Under the pieces are notes generated by a model. It made no database searches. It saw nothing but the letters and a program-made list of their open reading frames with translations, and was not told where the DNA came from. 64,000 nucleotides of DNA from a virus. This document shows, one piece after another, positions 37,174 through 47,001 of the stretch. Every line of letters begins with the position of its first letter. Positions within the stretch are counted from its first letter, which is position 1. The stretch lies in the IMG/VR virus record IMGVR_UViG_3300042987_003836, positions 5,927 through 69,926 of that record; one strand, given 5' to 3'. A program made the translations under genes and the position numbers.

Positions 37174-39210
37174 TCAGTTGCTCCCGTCGTCGTCTATTAT
37201 GAGGACTTCTCTGTGTTCGCGTGCGTCTGCCTCATCAAAATTATCTGATTCGTTGAGGACTTTTGGAGTTTGTGTAGAATTTTTAGTATTTTTTTGAAAT
37301 CTTGAAGACAACGACATGTTTCTTAGTGAAGAAATAACATCATTTCCTACAGGAGTTTTATAAGAAGCCTTTGTAGTAGATTCTCCAAAAGGATTTCTTA
37401 CATAAGAATTCATCCATTCTTTGTCATAGGGGTCTGAAAAATTCTTGTCTTTTGCTCTTGTCATTCTATTGAAGTCTGGCATGTGGGTCTTTGAAGGACC
37501 GCTGTGTCTAATTCTAGACCTGTTATACAGGGCCCTGTCGAGCTGCTTCTGTGCCTTAACGGGAACTTCAACATCTTTTAAAGAAAATTTAACAGGTACG
37601 TCTTCATCGTCTGCGGATTCTCCTGCCGTAAGAAGATTTAAATAAGGGTTCTTCTGTGCGGCATCATCTCCTGCGAATAAGTCTTCTGTTTCACCTTCGC
37701 CGCCTTCATCACCTGATTCTTCTGATTCACCCTCGCCACCAGTTTCTTCAGAAGAAGATTCCGCGTCTACGTCTCCTCCCGCAGGCTCAGCACTTTCAAT
37801 CGCTTGATCCACAAGCTTTTCTTTAAGACGCTGATCATCAATTTCTTTGCACTGATCATCATTCAGACCCCAGATCTCTTTTCGAATGAAATCCTTAGAC
37901 ATCTGACCTTCAGGTGCAGTTCCTGCAATCTCAAACTTTGCCCTCCACAATTCAAGCTTTTGTTGCTGTGCAACAGTAGAAGGATTAGACATTCTCAGAG
38001 CAAAATTCTGCAAATCTTCAGAATCAAATCCATGTGCATAAAGGTGAATTATTGCCAATTTATTCAGCTCAGCGACAATCGTCTTCTGAATGACGTTGAT
38101 AGTTCTTGAAAATCTAATGTCCTCTTGAGCAAGTGTAGCCTTGCTAGAAAGAGATTCGTCATAACCGAGATAGGCTCTGGGTATCTTGAGCGCAGCAAAT
38201 AGCTTCTTCTGAATATAAGCGACGTCTTCCACAGCCGCTGTATTCTGACCGCCGGCTAGCGTGTCGATACGAGTTCCTGAATCTCCTCCGCGGACTGGGA
38301 TGAAGTAGTCTTCATCAACTGAGAGCGGGTTGTAACGAAGATCAACTCGACCTGTCGTACGATCTATAACCTGAGAAGAACGAAGATTTTTTCGCTGTTC
38401 CTCCACATACATGGGAACGTTCTCTGGCGGGATGTTGGCGACGTCGATATAAAACACTCTTCTTTCAGGAGCACGAACTACACGATACACTAGCATGGCA
38501 TCCTCGATGAGGATCAACTGACGCCAGATCCTGCGAGCTGGTTCTATGACAGAAGACCCGTAGGGAAGAAACATGTCATTTCCTAAAAGTCTAAAGTGGG
38601 TAACTTCCCAGTTCTCAAGTGTCCTATTTCCGAGAGTGACCCATCGATATCTCACAGCCATCGGATCGTTGGGATCATAGTTTTCTTCCCTCTCTAGCTC
38701 ATTGACAGGAATAGGGAAAGCGCTAATGACACCGTGCTCAGGTGACACATCATTATAGAGAAACATGTCTCCGTACTTGACTAAGTTTCGAACCCAAGAG
38801 CGAAGGTTGAATTCAACGTTGAGGGTGTTGTAAAAGAGATCTTCAAGTATCTCGCGGATCTTCTCATTGTCAGAATAGATGTGAAGAACTCGTCCCTTCT
38901 CATCCTGAGCACAGGTCTCGTCTGCATAGATGTCGAGGGCCGCTGCCAGTTCTGGTGTGTACTCCATCTCTGCGAAATCTTGGTATCGCATGAGACGTTC
39001 TGACAGGTTATATGCATTCGCAGTTATTGTGGCGTATGTTGGGGCCATCGATTTCTGAAATAACAAAGCGCCGGAAGACTTCGTCTTGTCGGCGACTGCA
39101 ACTGTCGTGTCGAGAGCTCTTATCTTTCTTTTGACAACAGGACCGCTTCGGAATAACTTTGTTAGTTTCTGAAAGAGGGTTTGGTCTTCTTTTTTCGCCA
39201 TTTTATTCAT
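37174..39210 (-). CDS. Portal protein (T4 gp20 family) with a long C-terminal extension
   Basis: QL.LIEDAMLVYRVVRAPERRVFYIDV.N.P, EDYFIP.RG, IDTL.GG, KKLF.ALKIP. Confidence 0.95.
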   Translation of the reverse strand: MNKMAKKEDQTLFQKLTKLFRSGPVVKRKIRALDTTVAVADKTKSSGALLFQKSMAPTYATITANAYNLSERLMRYQDFAEMEYTPELAAALDIYADETCAQDEKGRVLHIYSDNEKIREILEDLFYNTLNVEFNLRSWVRNLVKYGDMFLYNDVSPEHGVISAFPIPVNELEREENYDPNDPMAVRYRWVTLGNRTLENWEVTHFRLLGNDMFLPYGSSVIEPARRIWRQLILIEDAMLVYRVVRAPERRVFYIDVANIPPENVPMYVEEQRKNLRSSQVIDRTTGRVDLRYNPLSVDEDYFIPVRGGDSGTRIDTLAGGQNTAAVEDVAYIQKKLFAALKIPRAYLGYDESLSSKATLAQEDIRFSRTINVIQKTIVAELNKLAIIHLYAHGFDSEDLQNFALRMSNPSTVAQQQKLELWRAKFEIAGTAPEGQMSKDFIRKEIWGLNDDQCKEIDDQRLKEKLVDQAIESAEPAGGDVDAESSSEETGGEGESEESGDEGGEGETEDLFAGDDAAQKNPYLNLLTAGESADDEDVPVKFSLKDVEVPVKAQKQLDRALYNRSRIRHSGPSKTHMPDFNRMTRAKDKNFSDPYDKEWMNSYVRNPFGESTTKASYKTPVGNDVISSLRNMSLSSRFQKNTKNSTQTPKVLNESDNFDEADAREHREVLIIDDDGSN

Positions 39211-39248
39211 GCTGCTCCATTTTGGGAGACAGCCCTTGATTCTCTACT

Positions 39249-39551
39249 TTACACTACTTCTTTCTTCTCTGGCTTCAGTGACACGACTTTTGCTGGTGGG
39301 CTGGCGGCGTCCACATATTGCATGGGAGAAGCAACAACTCTTTTGAGTAATTGCTCAACGTTGTCGAGATGAGACCCAACTTCTGACTTGACTTTTTCAC
39401 TAGCTGCCTCTTTAAAGCTCTCTATTGATCCTAGTAGCTTTGATGCAGCCTGTGCCATTTTTGCTGCAGTCTCTTCGTCTGCGCCTTCGTTAATATTTTG
39501 AAGTTCTTCACGAATAATCTGCTTGAGTCTCGATATACCAATCTTAGCCAT
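39249..39551 (-). CDS. Small protein with an MAKIGISRLKQIIREEL leader
   Basis: Start at 39551 with GAGGG SD; between terminase and portal. Confidence 0.7.
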   Translation of the reverse strand: MAKIGISRLKQIIREELQNINEGADEETAAKMAQAASKLLGSIESFKEAASEKVKSEVGSHLDNVEQLLKRVVASPMQYVDAASPPAKVVSLKPEKKEVV

Positions 39552-39583
39552 TTTCACCCTCTGCGCTGCATATATGTATCTTG

Positions 39584-41197
39584 TCATTTAAACAACCAAG
39601 AAAAATCTGACACATCTACGTGTTTGACGTCTTCTGGCTTTCTGGCTTGATGTACCTTATCGGGAGTAAATCCTTGGATTTGGGAATTTGGTACGGGTCT
39701 CACTTGGTTTAATCCGCCAGGTAAATCATTAAAGTTTCTATTTCCAACAGCTGTGGCTTTCAACATCGCCATGGCCATCGCCATTCCTTGAGAATCATTA
39801 CCGCTTTCCCCGGCTGCGAGCCAAGTTCCTATAGCGAGACTCATGATCAAGTCATCGTGAGCATCTTTTGAAGCCTGTGCTTTTGAACCATTCCAGATAA
39901 ACGCCTGTAGCTGATCAAAAAGACGCTGAGAATATGACTTAAGTCTTGAATTTCTTATTGATTCCTCGAGTTTAGTCAATATTTGAGTTCTCGTCTTTGT
40001 CTGTGTAGAAAAACCAGGAACCAAGTCGGTATCTGTCGGCTTGTATCCAAACAAATCTCCGCCGTTGTTCGTGTAATAAAGAGAAGGATATCCTTCATCT
40101 CTTAGCTTAACACAAGTGAAATAACCAAATGTATTTTGCTCAGGGCATATTAGAGCATTGTTATATCTCCTGCCATACAGTGAAAGAATTTCAGCGAGCC
40201 TATCCGGGGGTATTTTTCCCATGAATTCTACACAGACTTCACAAGATTCATAGTCGATAACATGAAATGTTGAATAGTCGGCGGCGTCGCCGCGAGCTAC
40301 GTCAGCAGAAATTATATATTTGTGACCTTGCTCTGGATTTTTCCATATCCATACACCGTTTTGAGGACCTTCTTTTAAGATAGGCTGCTTGATCATCAAG
40401 CGTAATTTTTCGAATTCTGTCGGTTGCAAGAACGTATCGCCAGACGAAACGAAGTCACATAGAAACTCTTGCGCAATCTGACGCTTCGTGAGGTTTCTAG
40501 TCTCTTTGTTGAACCAATCTTGGTCGTGTTCTGGGTGGACGTCCCATGGGAGTCTTATGGGATTGAAGTCGTTTGCACCAGACTCGGCTTCGGTCCACAG
40601 CTTGTAGTACTGACCTCCCACACCGTTTGGTGTGGACAAGATGATAGCAGAACCACCGGTGGAGAGTGTTGGATAAAGAGACGTCCAAATCTCATCGAAG
40701 TCTCTAATGAATGCTGCCTCGTCCACGATGAGCAGTGCCAAGGCTTCAGAACGACCGGCGTCAGGAGATGTTGGAACAGCAGTTATCGTTGATCCATTAT
40801 CAAAACGAATTGACTGCTTTGTAGGTTCAAACTTAGTCAGCAGAAGCCAAGGAGGAAGACCATCAAGCATGGTCTTTACTTTCTTGATGAAGTTGATTGC
40901 TGTGTTAAGTTTGGTTGCAATGACAAGAATGTTCTTGTCCTTTTTAAAAATTGCATACCAAACAACATAGGCAGCGGAGACCGTAGAAAGTCCCAACTGC
41001 CTAGACTTGAGAACAATGTTGAATCGATGCTGTTGAAACTGTTTTACACAGTCATTCTGGAAATCGTATGTGTCAAAGGGGATAAGACCTCTCAGCTGAT
41101 GCTGAATCTTGCAGTACTTCTTCATAAAGTACGTTGGATCTTTGCCACATTTTAGTATCTCGGCTACTACTGCCTGTCTTGAAGGTGTTGTTGTCAT
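39584..41197 (-). CDS. Terminase large subunit (T4 gp17 family)
   Basis: KSRQLGLST (Walker A), IVDEAAF (Walker B), STPNG, ADVARG..DYS, HDDLIM. Confidence 0.95.
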   Translation of the reverse strand: MTTTPSRQAVVAEILKCGKDPTYFMKKYCKIQHQLRGLIPFDTYDFQNDCVKQFQQHRFNIVLKSRQLGLSTVSAAYVVWYAIFKKDKNILVIATKLNTAINFIKKVKTMLDGLPPWLLLTKFEPTKQSIRFDNGSTITAVPTSPDAGRSEALALLIVDEAAFIRDFDEIWTSLYPTLSTGGSAIILSTPNGVGGQYYKLWTEAESGANDFNPIRLPWDVHPEHDQDWFNKETRNLTKRQIAQEFLCDFVSSGDTFLQPTEFEKLRLMIKQPILKEGPQNGVWIWKNPEQGHKYIISADVARGDAADYSTFHVIDYESCEVCVEFMGKIPPDRLAEILSLYGRRYNNALICPEQNTFGYFTCVKLRDEGYPSLYYTNNGGDLFGYKPTDTDLVPGFSTQTKTRTQILTKLEESIRNSRLKSYSQRLFDQLQAFIWNGSKAQASKDAHDDLIMSLAIGTWLAAGESGNDSQGMAMAMAMLKATAVGNRNFNDLPGGLNQVRPVPNSQIQGFTPDKVHQARKPEDVKHVDVSDFSWLFK

Positions 41198-42138
41198 ATC
41201 GTTTCTTTTCTAAACCACATTTTAAACGGCAAGTATCCCTGCTGTCTTGAGTAAGTCTGTGCAGCATTAACCTTTGCAAGAAGCCTACCTGTTTGAAGTT
41301 CGTCTAGATACCACTTGTGTCGTCCTTTGACTTCAACAAGACGTGTTCCCGCGGAAGAATGAACGATAAAATCAACAAAGTATGAATAAATTTTTCCATT
41401 AAAAACGTAGCTTAGACGAGGTCCGTTTTCAATAAAGAATCCTTTAGATAATTGTTCTTCAACAAATTGAATCTCAAATCGTGACTGAACCACAACACCA
41501 TGGAAAAATCTTTTACGATAACGGCCTCCATCTGAAGAAGCTTTAATCAACAGCTCAAGTTGATCAGGATTTTGAATACGAATCTCTGAACCGTATTTTT
41601 GCAGATTTGTTCTTTTTGCTTTTTCTTGTGCATTCTTTAGATTCAGAGGTGTTGATACGCCAAATTTTTCAATACATGTTGATTTTATCTTCTCTTGAAT
41701 CTCAGGAGATTGAGACGCGTAGTCGACTCCAAATTTTTCTCGACACGTTTCTACAATCTTGACTTGATTGTTCCAGCCTGTCGATCCATGTCGAATGAGC
41801 TTAGTTCTTTTGACTTTGTCACCAAAACCCGGGATCTTAGAGATGTGATTAACGCCAAAACGATCCATAATCGTTTTTCGTTGACCTGTTACCATTTTCA
41901 TCTTTACGTCAAGATTGTTCGCGGCACACTTGTGGGAACAGTGACTGGAAAATCCTCGGGTAAGACCGAGATACTTTGTAGGATGACCACATGTATGACA
42001 GGATTCTCTACCTATAAACTTTTCATAATATTCTTCTGAGCTTGAAATTTCAGAAGAATTTACATGAAGACGTAAGTGAGCAGATAGACTCTTTAATGTT
42101 TCACATTCAAGGTTGCAAATTTTGCAAACTATTATCAT
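41194..42138 (-). CDS. Putative free-standing homing endonuclease (Zn finger, K(F/Y)GV repeats, TnsA-like PD-(D/E)xK domain)
   Basis: CKIC..H..H; CHTCG...CSHKC; repeats T..EKFGV; QSRFE...YFVDF...LVEVKG; 4-nt overlaps with both neighbours. Confidence 0.7.
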   Translation of the reverse strand: MIIVCKICNLECETLKSLSAHLRLHVNSSEISSSEEYYEKFIGRESCHTCGHPTKYLGLTRGFSSHCSHKCAANNLDVKMKMVTGQRKTIMDRFGVNHISKIPGFGDKVKRTKLIRHGSTGWNNQVKIVETCREKFGVDYASQSPEIQEKIKSTCIEKFGVSTPLNLKNAQEKAKRTNLQKYGSEIRIQNPDQLELLIKASSDGGRYRKRFFHGVVVQSRFEIQFVEEQLSKGFFIENGPRLSYVFNGKIYSYFVDFIVHSSAGTRLVEVKGRHKWYLDELQTGRLLAKVNAAQTYSRQQGYLPFKMWFRKETI

Positions 42139-42518
42139 CCAATGTTAAATATTACCTTCTTTCGAAAATATGCTGTCCTCTTCGGATTGTGAACATTAAA
42201 TCCTATGATTTCAATGGATTCAGTAGCGCTCTCTTCTTTTAGCGCTATCGAATCTCCAGTCAATTCCTTGTAAATTTCTTTGACGGACTTGACGTGTTCT
42301 GCGATAACGTCCTGTGACTCCTCGGAGCATTGACGCTTCATCTTGATCATCTCGCCTTCGGAAACAAAATTTGTTATGACCTTGTAAGAAGCAAGAAGTC
42401 TGCTTTCGCCGAGAAAGGAGAATTTGACTGAGTAAGATGCTGTCTTCGGCGTAGATGATCTTCCCCAGGTTGTGTCTATTGCTTGACCGAGGGCGTTGAT
42501 GTCGAGTGTCTTGGGCAT
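42135..42518 (-). CDS. Hypothetical protein upstream of terminase
   Basis: 127 aa; AGGAG SD; ATACTTA upstream. Confidence 0.7.
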   Translation of the reverse strand: MPKTLDINALGQAIDTTWGRSSTPKTASYSVKFSFLGESRLLASYKVITNFVSEGEMIKMKRQCSEESQDVIAEHVKSVKEIYKELTGDSIALKEESATESIEIIGFNVHNPKRTAYFRKKVIFNIG

Positions 42519-42539
42519 ATGGAAGCTCCTATAACCTTT

Positions 42540-42818
42540 TTAAGTATTGTCAATCTTGTATTTATTCACTACTTCGTCAGCCGACGGTCTCCAGCCTAAT
42601 TTCCACTTTTCTTTGTTTGGATAAGCCCAAAATGTTGAACACGAATCGCAGCATTCGAACTTTTCGTATGCGTCTTCATCCATTTCAGTTCTCATAATTT
42701 TCTCACACACTCCGCAAAAAAGAGGCATAAATTTATCTCTTTCCTTGGGAATGATCACAAAAAAATTGTCCCTTTCGGAAATAAGGCGATTACCTAAATA
42801 ATTTTTCCAAGATGTCAT
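42540..42818 (-). CDS. Small Zn-finger protein
   Basis: CGVC...CCDSC; ATGA-coupled to the Mre11-Rad50 gene. Confidence 0.65.
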   Translation of the reverse strand: MTSWKNYLGNRLISERDNFFVIIPKERDKFMPLFCGVCEKIMRTEMDEDAYEKFECCDSCSTFWAYPNKEKWKLGWRPSADEVVNKYKIDNT

Positions 42819-45800
42819 AGAAATTCGATCCTTGAGTCTTTTTCCGACTTAGTAATTTCCAGAATATGGTCTGCGCTGTCTTTAATTCCATCGACGTGTG
42901 TGATAACGATGACCGTCTTAAAATATTTCTTTAGAGAGGCTAAAAATCTACTACACGCTTCAACACCTGCACTATCCAAAGTTCCAAATCCTTCATCGAT
43001 TATAAAAAAATCGGACTTAGGCAAAGAAGAAATGTTGATCATTGCAACTCTCAGGGCAATTGCAGAAATTGTTTTTTCCATGCCTGAGCAAAGCTCTATG
43101 ATTCTTCTTGAATCACCGTAATTAATGTAAATTTCTAGTGAATCTGTGTCCTCGTCAGATTCTAGCTCTATAGTAAAATCAACAATTCCTTGCAAGATTT
43201 TTGAAACCTCTGCATTAATAAGCGGAAGCTGTGATTTAGTAACAAGAAGAGGAATTCCTTTCTTGGAAAATGCGTTTGCAATTAATTCATGCATTCTAAC
43301 GCTTTGAAGCAGTAAATCTCTAGTCTTCTTCTCTTCTTCAAGCTTTTCAATGTTTGACTGTATTTTTCCAAGACTGGCAGCAGCCTCTATCTTTTGAGTG
43401 TCATACAATCCAGATAGTTGTGAAAGCTCAGTCATCTTGTCTCTGATGGAGATGACCTCTTCTGCAACATCGTTATCGAGTGAAAGTCGTAGATTCTCTA
43501 GCTTCTTCTTTGCCTCATCAAGCAATGTTTGACAAGAATCACAAGCTGTCTTGATCTTTGCTATCTCTGTCTCTTTCTTTGAAATTTCAAGCTTCATCTT
43601 ATCAGACAGTTGAGAAGCTTTTTCATACTTCGATATTTTTTCAGCAATAGTACTGTCTTCGACACTTGCGAGAGAAGCTCTTGCTTCTTCCAGAACGCTT
43701 AAGGCTTTTGAAACTTTTTTGATTTGATCAGGAAGATAGTTCTTGTTGACGTGAGCATCTTTTATGAACTTACACGTAGGATAATTGTCTCCACAAGGAA
43801 CTTCATCCAGAATGACTAAAGATTTCTTCTGCTGAGAAAGGATCGTCTCTTCTTTTTCGTGAATATGTCTAAGCTCTGAAATTGCAGACTGCAATTTACG
43901 CTGTGTATTTTGACGATCCTTTAAGTCATTGACGTCTATTGAATCGATAATCTGCTGAAGTGCGTCGACCTTCTCCTGCAAGGAATGTATCTCTTGCTCG
44001 AGCGAACTTATACTTCCAATACAATCTTCAGATTTTTTCTCCAAAGAAGTTACTCTTCTTTCCTGAGACGCAACGTCTTCTTTTGTTACGGGAGTTGCAT
44101 TATGCTTTAAGAGTTCAGACTTCAAAAGAGCGAGAGACGTCTGATTCTCAGCAATCATGTCGGTAAGCCGATTTATTTTATCTTCATTTTCTTTGGCAAG
44201 AGACTCATTAGAAGACTTCAGTTCAGACCAGTTTCTGTCTGGAAAGTTTTTTAATTGTGATTTGACAGATGAAACTTCTTTTGAAGACAGCTCATGCATT
44301 CTATCGAACACATCGAGGTCAAGAAACTTAGTGAGAATAGATCTTCTCTTTGTAGATCCTTGGGAAAGAAAGACGTTGGTTTCTCCCTGAGCTGAAAGAG
44401 ACGTTATTAAAAAATCATCAGAAATTCCTAGAAGCGTTCTTATGGTCTTCTCTGTATCATTTCTTTGCTCTCCGCAGAGATCGTCCATGTCTTCTTCGTC
44501 TTCTCTCATTCTAAAAAGATTTAGCGACGTAGAAGCGCTGACAACACCTTTCTTATTAGTGTTCTTTGCCGTTTGCCTTTCAATTACGTAGGTGGATCCA
44601 TTGTGATCAAGAATGGCCCTTGCTGAACAATAGTCCTTTCTGACGTTGCAGATATTTATGTTCTTAATAGGACCTCTATCAGTCGCATTAAAGAGCCCGT
44701 ACATCAATGTTCCAACAATAGATGATTTACCAGTTCTATTGGGACCAAAAATTCCGACTATGCCGTTCAATTTTTCAAAATTGATAACGTTGCTTTCTCC
44801 ATAAGAAAAGAGATTGTCCCACTCAAGTCGTCGGAGTGACCACTTAGAATTGCGTGCATGATCTTCAGAAGTAGAAACTTGCTTAAGATAAGATTTTGCA
44901 GTATCACTGAGAGATTCAAGCTCTTTTTCAGAAAGATTTAGCTCAGAATAATACTCTCTTAGCAGCTTAGTAATGACTTCGGAAGATCGAAGGTCTGTTT
45001 TTGCAATGGAGGTTGTGCTAGTCTTTACTAATTCTGTGTTAACCTGCGCATCGATCTTATAGGTTACTTCTGAGGCATTCATCTCTGTCTTAAGAGACTC
45101 AGAAAGTATATGAACTTCATCTTGTGTAAGAGAGACGTTAGATCTAATCCTAAATCTAGTGCCTTGAGGACAAGCCTTGGCAAGACTAAGCGTCTTGTCA
45201 AGTTTCCCTGCCCAATCAATCGTAATAAAAGGCCGAGGGTTAGGAAGTGGTCTATTTACGACAGACCAGTCAGAAGAATTATTTATTTCCCAAAGATAGT
45301 ATCCGTGGTTTAATTCTTCGGCATAATTCTGCTGAATCGGGGTGCCAGGATAGCCTATCCACGGCTTACCATCCCTGTAGGCAAGGAATTGCTGTTTGTG
45401 AATGTCACCCAGCATGCAAAAATCATAATCTTTGAAAAAGTCTGTCGTTATTCTATCTTCTTCAATCTCCCAGCCAGTCTCAGAGTAGGAACCTTTAACA
45501 CCGCCGTGAAAAGTCGCAATGTTAATATCTCCTTGAATGGGCTTGAGATCATCCCACCCGTCTTCATCAAAACAAGAGAATACGCACCAGTTGTAACCTG
45601 GTGCGAAGTTGTAGATACCAGACTTCTTGTAGAGAAAGATCCTGGGGTTCTTCATCGCCTCTACAATGGGGGTGACAGCATCTTGACGGGACAGATTCAC
45701 AAGGTTTCCGTCATGGTTGCCGAGAACCATGTGGACGGGTGCCACCTTCGCCATGTCCTCCAGCCACCATGTGAGGAGCTCGATGTACTCGGGTGATATT

Positions 45801-45955
45801 CCTGTCACCTTCGTGTGGAAGATGTCTCCGCCGATGAAGATGTGATCTACCTTCTGTACCTTACAATCGTCTACAAAAGCCTTAAAAACCTGTCTGTACT
45901 CGTCGTGACGAGAAAGAGCGCGGATGTGCACATCTGCAGTGTGAGCTATACGCAT
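42815..45955 (-). CDS. Fused Mre11/SbcD-Rad50/SbcC recombination nuclease (gp47-gp46)
   Basis: ADVH, GGDIFH, GNHD, LGDIH phosphoesterase motifs; GPNRTGKS Walker A; coiled coil; SGMEK signature; IIDEGFGTLD; ITH. Confidence 0.92.
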   Translation of the reverse strand: MRIAHTADVHIRALSRHDEYRQVFKAFVDDCKVQKVDHIFIGGDIFHTKVTGISPEYIELLTWWLEDMAKVAPVHMVLGNHDGNLVNLSRQDAVTPIVEAMKNPRIFLYKKSGIYNFAPGYNWCVFSCFDEDGWDDLKPIQGDINIATFHGGVKGSYSETGWEIEEDRITTDFFKDYDFCMLGDIHKQQFLAYRDGKPWIGYPGTPIQQNYAEELNHGYYLWEINNSSDWSVVNRPLPNPRPFITIDWAGKLDKTLSLAKACPQGTRFRIRSNVSLTQDEVHILSESLKTEMNASEVTYKIDAQVNTELVKTSTTSIAKTDLRSSEVITKLLREYYSELNLSEKELESLSDTAKSYLKQVSTSEDHARNSKWSLRRLEWDNLFSYGESNVINFEKLNGIVGIFGPNRTGKSSIVGTLMYGLFNATDRGPIKNINICNVRKDYCSARAILDHNGSTYVIERQTAKNTNKKGVVSASTSLNLFRMREDEEDMDDLCGEQRNDTEKTIRTLLGISDDFLITSLSAQGETNVFLSQGSTKRRSILTKFLDLDVFDRMHELSSKEVSSVKSQLKNFPDRNWSELKSSNESLAKENEDKINRLTDMIAENQTSLALLKSELLKHNATPVTKEDVASQERRVTSLEKKSEDCIGSISSLEQEIHSLQEKVDALQQIIDSIDVNDLKDRQNTQRKLQSAISELRHIHEKEETILSQQKKSLVILDEVPCGDNYPTCKFIKDAHVNKNYLPDQIKKVSKALSVLEEARASLASVEDSTIAEKISKYEKASQLSDKMKLEISKKETEIAKIKTACDSCQTLLDEAKKKLENLRLSLDNDVAEEVISIRDKMTELSQLSGLYDTQKIEAAASLGKIQSNIEKLEEEKKTRDLLLQSVRMHELIANAFSKKGIPLLVTKSQLPLINAEVSKILQGIVDFTIELESDEDTDSLEIYINYGDSRRIIELCSGMEKTISAIALRVAMINISSLPKSDFFIIDEGFGTLDSAGVEACSRFLASLKKYFKTVIVITHVDGIKDSADHILEITKSEKDSRIEFL

Positions 45956-45962
45956 TAATCTT

Positions 45963-45991
45963 ATAATATACTGTTGTTGCTATAAGTTCAA
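45963..45991 (-). promoter_or_regulatory. Sigma70-like promoter TTGAAC-N17-TATTAT, 7 nt before the ATG
   Basis: Same -35 hexamer as at 28147-28152. Confidence 0.45.
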
Positions 45992-46977
45992 ATTCCCAGA
46001 GATGATGTGTTAATAACCTTGTTGAGCTTGATGAGGAAGTTATCGTTCCAGTCGAGGTAACGGGCCTCCTTGAGAGCTATCTCGAATTCCGCACGAGACA
46101 TGGAGCCAGGATCTCCCCAGGGTCGTACGTCTACAATCTGTACATCCACATCGTACTCCTGGAGTTTCTTCGCTATCTTGGGGGTCTTCCTGTCCCACAT
46201 GTCTCCGTCCAGCGCGAGAGCAACTGGTGTGTTATTGAGGAGGATGCGATTGAAGAGCTCATGGCGCTCGTCGAGGTCAGAACCGAGAAGGGCGGTTGTG
46301 TTGTCAGGACACTTAACGAGGTCAAAGGGGCCCTCCACCAGCGCCAGTCTCTTCGTCCAGTCGATGTTGATCTCGTTAAAGATGATGGGGTTCTTGTCCA
46401 CCTCAGGATTGTCATACTTGGGGCGCCGGTCCTTATCGATCGCTCTCGCGGTGAAGTAGTTTAGTTCTCCCTTGAAATTGAAGGAGGGCATGAGGACACG
46501 TCTCTTCCACCGAGGTTCATTGGAGATGCCGAACTTGAAGTACCAAGCGTCCTTCTCGGTGAGACCACGCCCGAAGAGGTACCTCCAAGTCGCCTTCACG
46601 TCAGGATCGTTGGGATTGGCGAGGGGAAGGAGACAGAAATCCTTCGGAAGTTCGAGGCGATGTTCCTCCACCTTCTCGCCGGTGACCAGTTCTCCTGTCC
46701 CACCGTCGGCGATACCGAGAACTTCCTTGTACTTCGCGAGTTGCCCAGGAGTACCGTACTTGCGGATGAGTGGGACGAGGTTGCGCGCCTTAAATCCGCA
46801 TACCCAACAGTGACATCTATCATCATCCGTCTTGATCGCCAGTTTCTTCTTGGTTGGATCCGAAGGTGCGCAGATGGGACACCGGACATCGAAGTTCTTT
46901 CCGTTTCCTGCGAGGTGACCCTTGCCGAAGACGGACTCGATGAACAGAAGTTTGTCACTGATGCTAAAAACGGCCAC
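45988..46977 (-). CDS. DNA primase (Zn-binding + TOPRIM)
   Basis: CPIC...HCWVC, YLFGRG, VEGPFD, ALDGD, DPG. Confidence 0.85.
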   Translation of the reverse strand: MAVFSISDKLLFIESVFGKGHLAGNGKNFDVRCPICAPSDPTKKKLAIKTDDDRCHCWVCGFKARNLVPLIRKYGTPGQLAKYKEVLGIADGGTGELVTGEKVEEHRLELPKDFCLLPLANPNDPDVKATWRYLFGRGLTEKDAWYFKFGISNEPRWKRRVLMPSFNFKGELNYFTARAIDKDRRPKYDNPEVDKNPIIFNEINIDWTKRLALVEGPFDLVKCPDNTTALLGSDLDERHELFNRILLNNTPVALALDGDMWDRKTPKIAKKLQEYDVDVQIVDVRPWGDPGSMSRAEFEIALKEARYLDWNDNFLIKLNKVINTSSLGI

Positions 46978-47001
46978 GGTATAACCGTATCACACACACG
47001 T

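Noticed and set aside
39584-42518. Group I intron or intein in the terminase
   Set aside because: Terminase is contiguous with a normal N-terminus and no intein motifs; the endonuclease lies between genes
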